Source: the human T2T-CHM13v2.0 reference genome, Homo sapiens. Taken from it: a stretch of DNA of 64,000 bases. Numbering within the stretch: the first letter of the stretch is position 1; each line of letters begins with the position of its first letter. The DNA is taken from NCBI RefSeq assembly GCF_009914755.1, contig NC_060936.1. One strand, given 5' to 3'. Below the pieces are notes generated by a model. It was not told the DNA's origin. It did not search any database and was given only the letters and a program-made list of their open reading frames with translations. This document shows positions 46,829-61,158 of the stretch, one piece after another. Position numbers and translations under genes: made by a program.

Positions 46829-47251
46829 TACATTAGTCAGTTTTTGTGTTGCTATAAAGAAATACCTCAGGCTGGTTAATTTAGAAAGAAAAGAGGTTTA
46901 ATTGGCTCATGGTTTTGCGAGCTGTACAGGAAGCATGGCACCAGTATCTGCTTCTGGTGAGGCCTCAGGAAGCTTTTACTCATGTCAGAAGGTGACGGGG
47001 GAGTCAGCCCATCACATGGTGAGAGAGGGAGCAAAGAGAGAGAGCAAGGGGCAGAGCCAAGCTCCTTTGAACAACCAGCTCTCCTGTGAATTAACAGAGC
47101 AAGAACTCACTTATTGCCATGGGGTGGGTACCAAACCATTGGTGAGAAATTCACTCCCATGACCCAAACACCTCCCACCAAGCCCAATTTCCAGCACTGG
47201 GGATCAAATTTCAACATAAGATTTGGAGGGGACACACATTAAATCATATCG
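46829..47251 (-). mobile_element. MST (MSTA/B-like) MaLR solo LTR
   Basis: ATTAGTCAG..GTTGCTATAAAGAAATACCT..AAAAGAGGTTTAATTGGCTCATGG..GAGGCCTCAGGAAGC..CATATC; 5-bp TSD GCTTT / GCTCT. Confidence 0.92.
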
Positions 47252-47794
47252 GCTCTTGAGGATTCACATTCTCTGTGGAAATTATGGTCACTGAAAGACT
47301 ATTAAGAAAATAAATTTTTTAATGCATTGACAGGCAAATGTGTAAGGATAATTTTCAAAATAAAACTATGTATTTCCTAGTCATATAAAAGTGATTTTAT
47401 TGGTATTCTAAGTAAAAGGGTCTGTAAAAGGAAAAGGAAAACAAATTTCTGAACAGGATATTTTAAAATGAATAAAAATTTCTTGAATACTTTCTAAGGT
47501 CCAACTCTCTCAGAGTCAAATTTTGATGATGTTGTATAATGTAAAAGGAAATATTTAAGATTGTTTGCTCATTGAAAAAAAATTAAGAAGTGTGGCAAAA
47601 AGGGAACACTTAAATACCTTTATCCTCTGAGATTATGTCTCCATTCAATTGAATATTCAATAAATAAGTATGGAATAGCTAAAATGTGTTATAGAAACCT
47701 GGAGCAACATATTGATCCCCCTATACACAAGCCAACATTTACCTTCTCTTTTCTATCCTCTTGACGTAAGGCAAAGAAAAGTTGAACTTTTAGG

Positions 47795-47882
47795 GCTTCC
47801 AGAACTGTGAGGAATAAATTTATGTTGTTTACAAGATACTCACTTTATATAGTATCTTGCCATAGCTGACTGAACTAAGACA
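47795..47882 (+). mobile_element. 3'-terminal 88 bp of an MLT1A-type LTR, inverted relative to the rest of the element
   Basis: GCTTCCAGAACTGTGAGGAATAAATTT..ACTAAGACA is the LTR 3' end in + orientation. Confidence 0.85.
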
Positions 47883-48430
47883 CACATTCATTTGGCTGGA
47901 TCATGACTGTCTCCAGACTTTCATATCTAAGTGTCTACCTGGCTACCTTCTTGTGTGTCTCAAGCCCTTTCTAACTCAAAAGGTCCATCTCATTCTTCTG
48001 TTTTTCTACCAAATCTGTCATCTGCCTATCTCAGGGAATGGTATGTCCATTCATCCAATTGAATAAGTCATAAACCATCTCTAATTAGTCAACTGGCTAG
48101 CCATCTCTCCATATTTATTGCTTATACGTATCACCATATTTCATTGTTATACATATCACCATATTTCATTGCTTTTCCCTTCTAAACATTTCTTGAACCT
48201 ACTCACTTTCCTCCACATTCTTCAACCCAGCTTAGGCTACATTAATTTATCACCTGGACTGTGCCTCCTGCATCATCTACTTATACTCACTTCCTCTCAG
48301 TACCCCAACCAACCTATACTCCAAATTGCAGCCTAAGTAATGCTTTTCAAATGTAGATCAAATATGCTCCTGAAAACCCCTGAATGAATTCTCTTTCTTC
48401 CTAAGATAAGCATAACTACTTAGCATGGTT
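47883..48430 (+). mobile_element. L2 fragment inside the micro-inversion
   Basis: CTCCAGACT..TCATATCTAAGTGTCTACCTGG..CACCTGGACT..TTTCAAATGTAGATCAAAT are sense L2 motifs. Confidence 0.72.
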
Positions 48431-48692
48431 TTCTGGAAGCTGGGAAGTCCAAGATCATGGTACTAGCAGGTTAGATTCAGGTGATGGTCCTCTTCCAGGT
48501 TGCAGATTGCTGACTTTTCATTGTTTCCTCACATGGTGGAAGAGGCAAGGCAGCTCAGAGGCCTCTTTCATAAGGGCACTAATCCTGTTCATGCGGGTGC
48601 TTGCCCTCATCACCTAATCATCTCTCATAGACCCTGCCTTCTAATACCATCGACTTAGTGATTAGGATTCAACACAGATTTAGAACATAGCA
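48431..48692 (-). mobile_element. Remainder of the MLT1A-type LTR
   Basis: TTCTGGAAGCTGGGAAGTCCAAGATC..CCTCACATGGTGGAAG..ATAAGGGCACTAATCC..CATAGCA. Confidence 0.88.
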
Positions 48693-48920
48693 ATGGTGAG
48701 TCAACTGCACAGGAGAGGTAACTGAAGCCTTGGGTGTAAATGGGATAGCCCTGGAATAGACCTTAGAGGAAGAAGAAAAGAGTCTCCAAGAAATTCAATA
48801 TTTAACGGCCAGTGGAAGTGCAGAAAGCCTTTGGACACATAGAAGAAATGGCTAGAGAGGAAAGAGTAAAACAGGGAAGTGTGGTATCATGAAATTCAGT
48901 AAGTGATTTGCCAGGAGATT
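48693..48920 (-). mobile_element. L2 fragment (continuation outside the inversion)
   Basis: GAGTCAAC..GGTAACTGAAGCCTTGGG..GTGTGGTATCATGAAA are antisense L2 motifs. Confidence 0.7.
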
Positions 48921-49119
48921 GGGTCTTTCAATTGTGTTTATTTTGAATGAATTTCACTATTGCTCTAGTTGGAGGAGATATTCTCAAATGGAAATTGACT
49001 GTGATTTATTTGCCCTTTTCACCTATTCACTCATTTTTATTTGTCTTCCTATGAGTGGGACAAACCACAGGTGTCTTAAAATTTGCCTGTTTATATATTT
49101 AACAGTAATATTAGAAGGT

Positions 49120-49295
49120 AACATTAATTCAGCACTTATGTACCTCTGCTAATGCTTTTGATGTTATTTAACCTATTCAACAAACTTTAGAGTAAGTAAT
49201 ATTATTATCCTTTTTATAAGTGAAGAAACAGTACCAGAACTTGAGTGATCCGGGCATGGTCACATAGCAAGTGATAGGGGCTGGATTTAGACACA
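49120..49295 (-). mobile_element. MIR SINE
   Basis: ATTATTATCCTTTTTATAAGTGAAGAAAC..GGTCACATAGCAAGTGA..GCTGGATTT. Confidence 0.72.
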
Positions 49296-49849
49296 ATGAG
49301 CTACTCCCTGTGTAATAACTTCTGAGGGTTACTCCATCACTATTTGTCCTATTAATGTGAAGCTGGCAGAGATTATACTGGACCAGTTGGTGTGCTCTAA
49401 GCCCAATTGTTTTGTATTGTGTTGTAAATTGTAAATTTTATGTTTCTATTTTTTCTTCTAGTATCCAAAGGAAAATATTTATATCTTGTTTAATTTTTAG
49501 CCATTTGAACGAATAAAACCTATAGCCTCAATGTTTTTATTTTGGTAAATAGAAGGAGGGAGGAAAGGAGAGAACGAGAGAGAGAGGAGGTAGAAAGAGT
49601 GAGACAAAGACAAATACTAGAAATAAAATGCTTTATTTTACACATAATCTGGAGTAAGAGTCATTGGTGATAGAAGTCATGTTTGTATAGATTAGCTTTA
49701 AGAAATCTTTTCTGTCCCCTATTAAAAGAAAAGGGGGTAAAAAGCAACTATTCTGTCATAAATATCATTTTAAACCATAAAATACATGATGAAAATACAA
49801 AGACTACTCTCTTAAAATTAAGTACCAAAAACGTGAAACTACATATAAT

Positions 49850-50080
49850 TTATGTATTCCACAAATATTTATTGAGTGCATACTATTTGCTTGTACACTA
49901 TTCTAGTGCTAGGGATGTAGTGATGAACAAACACCAAATTCCTTGCTCTTATGGGGTTTATATTCTATTAGGAGAGATGATCAATAAATAAATAAGCTAA
50001 GAGATATGTCAGGTGGTAACACATACCCAAAGGATAAAGCAAGATAAGGGAAAAAGGGAATGATGGAGGTGCTGTCTGAT
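49850..50080 (-). mobile_element. L2a 3' end
   Basis: ACAAATATTTATTGAGTGCATACTAT..CTAGTGCTAGGGATGTAGTGATGAACAA..CCTTGCTCTTATGG. Confidence 0.8.
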
Positions 50081-52687
50081 TAATGTTATGAGTAGTGATG
50101 ATGATGATGGAGATGGTAAATACAGACTTTAGCTCATTTTTTGGCTTTTATGTTGGTAAAGACACTAGTAAGTAGTACATGGCGGGGGGGCACTACAATT
50201 CATTAACACTCTCCTTTATCATAGGTTGAAGCATCAATTTTGAAAACAATTGCATGCATTTAGAAATTAACCTGCATTTAAATACACACATAAAAGACAC
50301 GGGAAGCAAACTTACCAAAAGTATAATGGATAATAATGGCTATTGTTGGCTGATTTTTATTTTCATCTGTATATTATAAGCATTTTCAACTGGTCCTATG
50401 ATGCATAATTTTATAGTAACAATAACATTAAATATTTTCATATTTAGCCTATTGAGGAGAAAAGACAGAGTGGAAAGGGAAAGACAGGAGAAAATAAAGA
50501 AGAGTCAGAGAGACACTCATAAAAATAGACATGAAAATACAAATACATAGAAAGAAACCGTTCATATTAAGAAAAAGATGCAGAGTGAGGGACATGCTTA
50601 CGTATCTGCTCACACAATATCACCATGTTATAGCCTTTTAAAAACAGTCACTGAATATTGTAATACTGCATTTTAACAAAACTAGCATGTCAAGAAACAC
50701 TGGTACTTGAAAGTGTTTATTTGTGTTGGATGAAATTAGACTGAGGGTTGGATCTGCTCCTTATGGTAGAATTAAGTCAGTACCTGCTTAGGCTCTCAGA
50801 TGACCTTTGTTGCAGACTCTAACCACATCTGTGGACAAAGACTTCAAGACACAAGAGAAACAAGTCTGAAAACTATGTTAAGCATTTAAAATAAAAATAA
50901 AATCTTAAAAAAATATGAGTATATTGGCCGGACTGATTACTTTGCATCATGTAATTAGTTCACAAATGAGTTTAGTCTAGAGGGCTACTTTTAAGCTAAT
51001 CAGCTTAGTTTTAGCCCTCTCTTTTAGATATCTTCATTGGTAACTATTTCACTTACTAGGATTATAAATTCTATTTATTTTGCAAGCAAATCTATAGAAA
51101 TCGAAGTGTCAGTTACAGATGTCTTTTTCATCTATATTTCTGATAAGAGAGAATGCTGACCTTGAAGGAACAGCTTAGAATCATACTAGGACATTTTCTA
51201 CTTTATTTTAGAATACTGTTGGCAAACTTATTTGTTTGGAGTATCTGGAAGCAATCTTTGGAATTGTTTTGTATTAGGTTAATGAAAATAATCTAATGCA
51301 TTTTCTATCAAAAATACTGAAAGCAATTAAATTCACATTTCAAAAGTAAGATCTTTCAGATTGTTCTTTCTTTTGGCCAATTCTTTGGATCATATTTTTA
51401 GAAAGATTTCCTTTTCATGTGTTTTATTTTTTATTTTTTGACTTACGTATTAGGATAGGAACAACAATACTTCATTCATCCTATTTTCTAGCAGCATTTT
51501 TGTATAGTTTCCCTAACATAACAGCAGAGATGTGTGGAGTGGGGAGTGTCCACTAAACAAAGGGTATGAGAAGTGCCATCTTTTGTGGGTGGTCTCTGAT
51601 TAAACAAGCAGTACAATTGAGTGGAATTGTGAAGCTTTATTTTATTTCGAAACTAAAATAAACTAAGGGCTTAAAGAAATTCAGAATGTAGCATATGTAA
51701 GTTATGACCCCAATTATACATGAGTTAATATAAAATTATATTTTTTACATAACAGCATTATGAAACTAAGGTTGCCTTATTTAAGTATTAGTAAAGACAC
51801 ATTTCTTAATATTAAAAATATTATTTGCTACATTTTCAGCAAATAAGAAAGAAAAGTTAATGTTTTATTAGTTCCATCAAAATACTTAACTGATGGTCTG
51901 TTGTGCCCACTATGAGTCTAGATAAGGTGATGCTATTATATATTTTAAAGTCAGTAATAAGAATCTTATATAAACTTGTGTACAATTGAAGTCATAATTT
52001 GGATTTTCTATAGTCTGCACTTCCTTAGTTTCATCCACAGAGAAACATTAACATTTCTCACACTTGAAATATCCCTGACAGAAAATAACGAGCTTCTAAC
52101 CCCGTGGTTCTGCTGATTTTCTACAATATCACCCCCCGTAGTCAAGATAGTTTTAAATCTTGTGTTTTATGGAAATCAAATTCCATGATTTATCTCTCCC
52201 TTTTAATTAGAAAAAAACATGTTTCTATTAATTGAGTTAAATTGGTGATGCAGAAAGATGCACTATATTTATTATGTTGCCTCATAAATTCCATAGCACA
52301 TCCCAGTTTTAAAAGACATAGGATTCTCTGTCCTCTTGGTTTATTAGGGATGTGCAAATTTTCTAGGGGTTCAGGAATTCCCTAGAGTTTCTCATCCTAA
52401 TTTGTATCAATTTTTATTAGAAAAAAAAAACTACCTTTCGTTGCATTTCGAAAAACGTATTCAGAATATTTGTGAAGAATGTAAACTGTAGTATTTAGTA
52501 GGAGGCAGTTACAAATTTCTTTAAAATATACCTAAGGGAAAATGTGTAAGCCCCATTCCATGTGGATTATTTGTTAGAAATCTAATAACTTGTGATAGAT
52601 GAGTTCTGCTTCATCAGAAGTTGAAGGCTTAATCAAGATTTAGCAATTAAAGAAATTAGATTTTATTCTTTTACAAAGGCAAAGTAG

Positions 52688-53003
<316 letters not shown>

Positions 53004-54486
53004 TCAAATAGTTCTATTTCTCTTTTTATTGTTTTGAAATCTCTTCAGTTCTACCAAATCCAGCAATTTACAATGAAGTGTAATGTAAGAAAGAGGAACG
53101 CATTCTTATGCTGGCAGATCCATGCCAGAGAACATGGGATGGGGAGAATAGTATCTGTGGTGGTGGGCAAGAATGGGAAGGGTACAGAATGGGCAGCCTG
53201 AAGTCCTGAAGATGGGCTCACTGGCTCCCCATTAAACTCTGGACATTTGTCCGGTGATTGCAATTTCTCTTCCAATCTTCATCCTTCCATTGCCTCCCCC
53301 GTGATTCCATTTGTACTCCTTCATGCCTCCCAGATGACTGGTCCAGTTCCCTAAATTAGCGTCTTCTCCAAAACGAGGACTTCTGGAACTCTTTTTCCAT
53401 TTCCCAGTGGTGCTGATTGATGATACAGTGCTGTAACATTCATTATAGTTTTGCCTGCTGAAAGACCATGACCACAATCTGTCTACGGCCATGCACTGAG
53501 ATAAGCAGTCACCTATGTGTCCACAACGTTCACTTGCTGGCCCTTGTCTGATGTGTTATCATACATTTGGTTCTGTTTAAGAAGCTTCTGTTGAGTGTCT
53601 TCATAAAATGGAATGCCCGTGGCCTGAGTATGCAAAAATGAGTAAGTCAAGGTTTGTGATTTTTAGAAACTTTCAAGTAAGTGAGGGAGCTGGAAAAAAA
53701 TTCAGTTATTTTGTAATGTGTAATTCTTATAATAATTTCTTATGCAATAGCATCAGTATGGTTGTAGAGGTACAGACTAAAAGATACAAAGATACAACTT
53801 CCATTGAAGACATAGAATTTGCGATGATATTTGAAGGAAGATTGGATTTTGAAAGGGTGAAATTGCTATTGGTTAATAAACACCATTAAGTAAAACTATA
53901 GAAGTGATCACTGACAGAGAAAACTCAAGGGGAAACTAGTCATGGGCTGAATACTGTTTGTTTAGATATGCTAGATAATTTTAATAGTGAAATATCATTT
54001 TAGATGGATTCTATGTAAAATTATTAGAAGGTAAATGTAGATCACTAGAGCAAGATAAGATGTCGGCGTTTCTAGAATTCAATTGAAGACAAATCTTAAA
54101 GATTAATAGGTCAGTCAATTAAGTTACCATTTTTAGCCTGATTTTTTAAGTAGGGATAAAAAATACTGTATATATGTATATATATATAAAATATATCTCA
54201 CTAACTAAACCACATAGTATATACTATTTAATAAAATTTACATGGTATAGATTACCTCATGCTTAAGGTAACTTCAGTGATTCCTCGAAATTATTACTGA
54301 TTCCTTTAGTGAAGTCTCAAAGCAAAAATAATGTGTGTGTGTGTGTACACACACGTACATGTATGAATGAGACATATAAAATGAATTAGTCATGCTGATA
54401 CCTTTTTTTGGTGGTGGTGGGGGAATGTACTGATAAAGCCTTTTTATCAAAATGTATCTTGTATTCACTTAAAGAAAATGAAAATA

Positions 54487-54902
<416 letters not shown>

Positions 54903-55993
54903 AAAGAAAATGAAAATAGAGTCTATCAATAAGTTAAAAGCAAAATGTTGGTAGAAAATAAGAATTAGCAATCACATGAATTTTTGTGCTTATATTAAAT
55001 TTAAAAGCAAGTTACTAGTATAAACTATACAATAAAATATTTATCATATATAATCCCACACCTTAAAATACAAGAAGGAGGCTCCTCCTTTCCCCTTGTA
55101 TTGATAATAGGTTTACATTTATCCATCAACATGCTTTTACCTCTGTGATCAAAGGTAAAATCAAGCTGTGGCCCAAAACTGACTCCATGAAAAACACACC
55201 CTTGACTTAACTTTTTGTCCTTTCAATTTCAGCAATATTTGAAAATATAAAAGTATAGTTAACAATATGTGCAGACTTATAAATTTACCAATTTAAGGAA
55301 AGAGAAAAAACCTATGGAAATTCTATCATTTAGCTGCCATATAATTACTTAAGGCTGTAGGTACAATGAATACATTGTTATTTATTTATATGATAACAAA
55401 ATAATGAAAACATTGTATTGGCAGAGCTAATTGTTCTCTAATTGCAAAGACTATCAAGTGACTTTGGCTTTATGAAAGTAAACTTCAACCTGAGTGTATA
55501 CAATTTACAAAATTATGACATTGTTTTTTAAAATCATTATGAATAAAGCATCATACCAATAGTAGTTAGAATTGAACTTAGTCATAGCTCTTGGAAATTT
55601 GTTATTACCTTTGAAATATGTTCTTTTTCTTATTTTCTTTTTATCATGTAGTGGTTTGTAGTGGTTCAAAAAATCCATTAGAGGGCAATATAATATTGCT
55701 CTGAAGCTGAGAAAATATACTAGTGAAAGAACAGAGTATTACTCTGCCTCTCTGAGTTTTGAAAACAGCATTCTTACCAAAAGGAATTATTTAGTTCTGT
55801 TTTTTCATTAGTGTTTTATTTTTCTGAAACACAAACCATCAGCTGAATTTTAATCTTTTATTTATATTTAGAGCTGTAAAATAAATTATTCTAAATTTGA
55901 ATTTAAATCTTGCAGGTGTATATTTAACTTGATAAATACAAATAGATGGTGCAGTAAATTTCCTTCTACAATTGTATTGTAGAAAACCTTTTT

Positions 55994-56321
55994 CAGAATG
56001 AAATCATGTCATTTGAAGCAACCTGGATGCAGCTGGAGCCATTATCTTAAGTGAATTAACGCTGAAACAGAAAATCAAATACCACATGTTCTCACTTACA
56101 AGTGGGTACTCATGAACATAAAGATGGAAACACTAGACACTGGGTACTCCAAAAGTGAGGAGGGAAAGAAGGAGGAGAGAAAGGAATGAAAAACTATCTA
56201 GTGGGTACTATGTTCACTATTTGGGTGACGGGTTCAATTGAAGCCCAGACCTCAGCATTGCACAACATATCCATGTAACAAACCTGCACATGTACCCCCC
56301 AAATCTAGAATAAATTGTAAA
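55994..56321 (+). mobile_element. Short 5'-truncated L1 3' end (L1PA16/L1PB-like)
   Basis: AGAATGAAATCATGTC..CCATGTAACAAACCTGCACATGTACCCCC; TSD AAAACCTTTTT at 55983-55993 and 56322-56332. Confidence 0.92.
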
Positions 56322-58446
56322 AAAACCTTTTTGTCCACAATATAATGTCAAATGAGTCCTTAAAAGTGAATAACAAACTTGCTTGGAATTTAAAAATTTA
56401 GAGATCTACATGTATAAGTGAAGAAATCCTGGGCTTCTTTTCAAAGTTGATCATTTATATTAAAGGACATATATTTTACATGCATGGTTTATAAATGCAA
56501 GACTTCTACTGGATCATCAACCCAAGTTATATTTCTAAGTTTGAAAATACACCTGAACTCATGTAACCAGTTTATATAATTTAACATAGATTTAAAGTTT
56601 TATTTAATTCAAATATAATTAAGAATTAATATGTTGTGGATATGGTTTTACCTTAAGAAACCATTCTATGTGACACCAGAAACACAGCAAGGACCGATCT
56701 CAAATCCTGTCTTAAATCCTGCAGGTTAGATTAAAATATATTGCATCAAAAAAATTGAGCATTTAAGGAAAACACTAGGCATTAAAGAACTACATTAGGA
56801 GTGCTGCTTTCTTCGAAATCTATGAGTCAGTCCTCAGTTGTTTCTTAGCATAGGGGCAGCTGCTGACTGACCCAAGGATGGACTAGACAAAGGCCATTCA
56901 CACTTTTTTCTTAGCCAGATGCATGTACCACTTGTACTTAGTTATTTCATTGCATCATATTTTTAACTTAAATCAATGTATTGTAAAGGATACTATTATC
57001 AATTGCAAACCAGAATGATGTGCCATAAATATCAGGGTACCATAAAAATAAACACAGGGGAAATAGTTTACATTGAAAAAAAGAAATTAAACAATAAAAA
57101 TAAATTATGATGGCTCTAATATCTACGTAAAATGCATAGCTGAAAATAAGTTATTCAAATCAAAGCCTTTTTCTTCTCGGTTCATAATAAAATGATTTGC
57201 TTTCACCCAGTGTTGCTTCGTTCATGTCTTAAAATGAGATATTAAAATCAATAAGTTAATTGCATTTTTTTCCTCTTGGTATTGATACTAACTGAAACTG
57301 AGAATCCCATTTTACCTGTGCACCTAGTTGGATATTGGGAGCTGGACTGCAATTTACATTTTCAATTACAGTCAGTGGTCCTCTGAGCAGTAGGAAGCAA
57401 ATATGAAGCAGGAAGCTAGATCCCAGGCTACTCTTTGACCCAGGTCAGGAACTCACCTTAGGAAAAGATACTTTAAGAAATCTAAGAAATTATTAAAGAA
57501 GAATGGCACAAAGACCAATTCTGGCAAGAATGGAAGTGGGGGTAGTAGTTGGTTGTTCTAACATTTTAGCTTTTTAGTCCACTCATAATCTTAGACTGAT
57601 CTGTTTTTTAAATCAGTGAAGGCTGTGTAAATATCCAGAATATGTTTGTTGGGAAAAAATATTTTTGTTCTAAAATAGTAAAATATTTCTTGTGAAAGTA
57701 TTCAATTATTTTATAATTGATAAATGATGCTGTCTTTTATAATAATACATCAGTTAATAGTTGATGAATAGTTCTTAAGATAATACCATAAAGCTAAATA
57801 CTCTTTCCAATTTTTTCACAGATTTTGTAGTACATATTTCCAGAATTATATCAGGTTGTCCATCCGTCTGTCCATCTATACAGTTAGACGACCAGCCCAC
57901 CATCTCAGTGCATCAAAGCATTCTTTGCTCATGAAACTCTGCTCATGAAACTCTTTTTTTTCACGGGCTCTACAAACTGCTAGTTAAAAATAACTGTAGT
58001 GTTGGTCTGTGGACTCTCCAAGATAAACCTATCCAGACTTTGGCTATCATCTTATATGGATAATGTGAAAACTGCTTAAGACTTTCAGTGTATAATGAAA
58101 CAAAAATATACTGTAGTGGATTGGGATAAGATGGCAAATACTTGGCACACATAGTGTATTACCCCTCCTGTGCCTGTGGCAGACATTGCTAATTGATCAT
58201 TCCTACTGAAATTGATCAGAACCCATCTCTAGACAGCTATTACCAATCAACTGGAGCTGGCATGTTACTTTAACCTGAATGCCATTCCTATATCTGGAAG
58301 AAGAAGAAAAAAAAGACAAAGGTAAGAATATGGAACAGAAAAAAACAGAAGAGAGAACCAGGGTTTTCCATTGAATCAGAGGTTAGAAATGTCCTTTCTC
58401 TATGATATTGATAAAAATTGGAGTTGCAATAAAAGGAAGAAGAAAG

Positions 58447-58759
58447 GGCCAGGTGCAGTGGATCATGCCTGTAATCCCAGCACTTTGGGAGGCCAAGGCA
58501 GGTGGATCACAGAGGTCAGGAGTTCGAGACCAGCCTCGCCAACATAATGAAACCCCATCTCTACTAAAAATACAAAAAAAAAAAAAAATTAACTGGGTAT
58601 GGTGGCGGATGCCTGTAATCTCAGCTATTTAAGAGGCTGAGGTAGGAGAATTGCGTGAACCCAGGAGATGGAGGTTGCAATGAGCTGAGATCTCACCACT
58701 GCACTCCAGTCTGGGCAACAGAGCAAAATCAGTCTCAAAATGAAACAAACAAACAAACA
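58447..58759 (+). mobile_element. AluS-type SINE with (CAAA)n tail
   Basis: Full dimer; TSD AAAAGGAAGAAGAA at 58431-58444 and 58760-58773. Confidence 0.95.
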
Positions 58760-59069
58760 AAAAGGAAGAAGAAGGTGTGAGTAAGAAAGTTGCTCTGTTA
58801 ATCCCTTTCACTAAAGAAAAAGAATCCTAACAAAGGCACCTGTTACTAAGGCTGCCATTGCTTCCATGGTGGCCCAGGGGAAGCCAGAGACCTCTACTCT
58901 GAACTACTCTGATATCATTAAATTAAATTCAACAAATATTTATTAAGCAACATCATGCATACTATGCATAGGTTTCTGTTATACTAAGTTCTGCGACAGA
59001 TACAAAAGAGGCATTTTTTTTTATTTTTAACTTGGCTCCTATGTTGTACAAGTCACATACCAGGTAATT

Positions 59070-59200
59070 AACATATTTTGTTTAAATCCCCAAACACCCC
59101 TAGGTCCAAGTAGTGTTGTGTCAACTTTACAGATGAGGAGACTTGAGAAAAGTTTAGCAAATTGCCAGTAATCAAACAGCTGCCAGACGAGGCCAGATCT
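59070..59200 (-). mobile_element. MIR SINE
   Basis: CTTTACAGATGAGGAGACTTGAGA..TTAGCAAATTGCC. Confidence 0.65.
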
Positions 59201-60929
59201 CACACAAAAATTTACAGTCCTTCATATTGTGTTGCCTCACATGGGCAGGAAGATAGTTTCACTTGTGTTTTTACTTGTGTCTGGATTTACTGCAAATAAC
59301 AAAAGAAGCAAGACAACAGAGATGGCATAGTCTGCCTCCTGTTCACACGTGTTTTCTTGACCAAACCAGACAGGCTCCAAAGGATAAAGGTTAAACAAAT
59401 TAGAATTACCAGTGCTAGACTTTTTAACATGGTCTCATTATTTGGTTTTTAATTATTTCCAGATACGAAAAACTTGACTTTTTCCCTCAAAGACAGTTGT
59501 CTGTTAAACTTTATTGTAAATATAATTTTAGAAACTTAAAGAGAATCAGCACATTAGGAAATCACATCATAATTTCCAATTAAATACATCATTCTTTTCC
59601 AACATAAAGAATTTTAGAGTCAGACTAATGAAATCTCCATTTTTTAGCAATGTTAATATTATTCTAATGGAGTACCTTTCATTTGAAGAGGTTGGTGTGT
59701 TTCTAAAAGTTCAAATTAAATTCGAGAAAGGACATTAGAGGGACACAAAGAACAAATCATTGAAGGATAAAAACATGGAAAATTGCGTGATTGAAACTAA
59801 GGGATTTCATTTTGTGCCTTGCCTTATAAATTATCAACTGGATAATACAATTCTGTATAGTAACCACCAATCATAAATTTTTCACTTGAAATGTATTGTC
59901 TGCTTCACCTAGCTCCTGCCTTGAGCTTGGAGAGCAAACAAGGATATTTAGGTTTAGCCTAGAGCAACGTAAAAGGAAATGGAATAAAATCTTCTCCAGA
60001 TCTCTGTGCAGCTAGGGTCCTACAGCAAACAGAATTGAGGTTATAATGGTTCTGAAGCTAAGAACAGTACTGCTAGTGTCCATGAAAATGGAAAGCACCT
60101 ATAAAAATGATTGACACATTCTATAAAGTAGACTTTCACTGTCAATCATCTAAATATGATTCATTAATCATACTATAAGCATTTGACAGCTGACTGACAA
60201 TAACAAATTCTCCCTAGAGAAAGCTATATAGAAATTTGAGAGCAGCTTATAATTGTTGATACTATTTAAGCTGGATGTTATGTATCATACAGGAAGCAGA
60301 TAGCTTCTTGCAGCCCAACATAATTGATTCCAACAGAACCTTGTTACCACAGTCAGCATGTCATGGCTTCTGATGCATTCCCAATTACAAGGAAAAAAAA
60401 GGGAGAGAAAACAACACTTCTGATCTAAACTAAATAAATTGTTCAAAACAGACTTTTTGTAGAAAATAATTTTCAAATTCTTTCAGCAATTTGAGAGCCT
60501 TAATATTACAGGGCATAAAGACATGGCCAGGCCTGGCGTCAGTTTCTCCATGTTTCTAACACAGCCTGCCCAGAGTTCAAGACTCTATATGCCATATTTT
60601 GAAGTTTTCCACTGTATCAGACTGTGTTGTTTCTTGAGGTATTCCAAAGAAAGATGAAAAGCCAAACTTTAAATAAAGCACAAGATGGAAAGTTTAAGGA
60701 TGTAATAATAAAGACTTGCTATGCACAGACCTGTGGGTTATCCTTGGGGAAGAAATAAAGTCAACACCAGGTTTTAAACCATAATAAGCATTCTGATACA
60801 CACACACGATATTGCTAAAATATTTCTATAAAGTCAATTAAATGCCATATAAGATGAAATGTCTCTCCCCCTACCTCTCTCTTTTGCTTTGTCTGTCTCT
60901 CTCTGGTTTTTTGAATAAATTCTAATGGG

Positions 60930-61100
60930 TCATTGTGGTAAAGTGGACTGAGTTAGTAGTCATATAAACCTGGATTTGACTTTAATTTCACGTTTGCCCA
61001 TTTAACAGCTATGGCTGAGTCAGTTACTCATTTCTAAAGCAGTGATAATTATTTTCCCATCACCACATGTTATAAATTAAATGAGCTAATAGATGTAACA
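60930..61100 (+). mobile_element. MIR SINE
   Basis: AAACCTGGATTTGA..TTAACAGCTATG..GTTATAAATTAAATGAGCTAATAGATGTAA. Confidence 0.65.
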
Positions 61101-61158
61101 ATAGATTTTACTCAATTAACTCTGCAATTATCTGGGATAATTTTTGGATCGTAACTAT

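Noticed and set aside
57926-57954. 14-bp tandem duplication TGCTCATGAAACTC
   Set aside because: An ordinary slippage duplication with no further structure.
58110-58265. Possible old hAT/MER fragment (also ~56920-57120 and ~17755-17820)
   Set aside because: It looks repeat-like but I could not assign a family or ends, so it is not listed as a feature.
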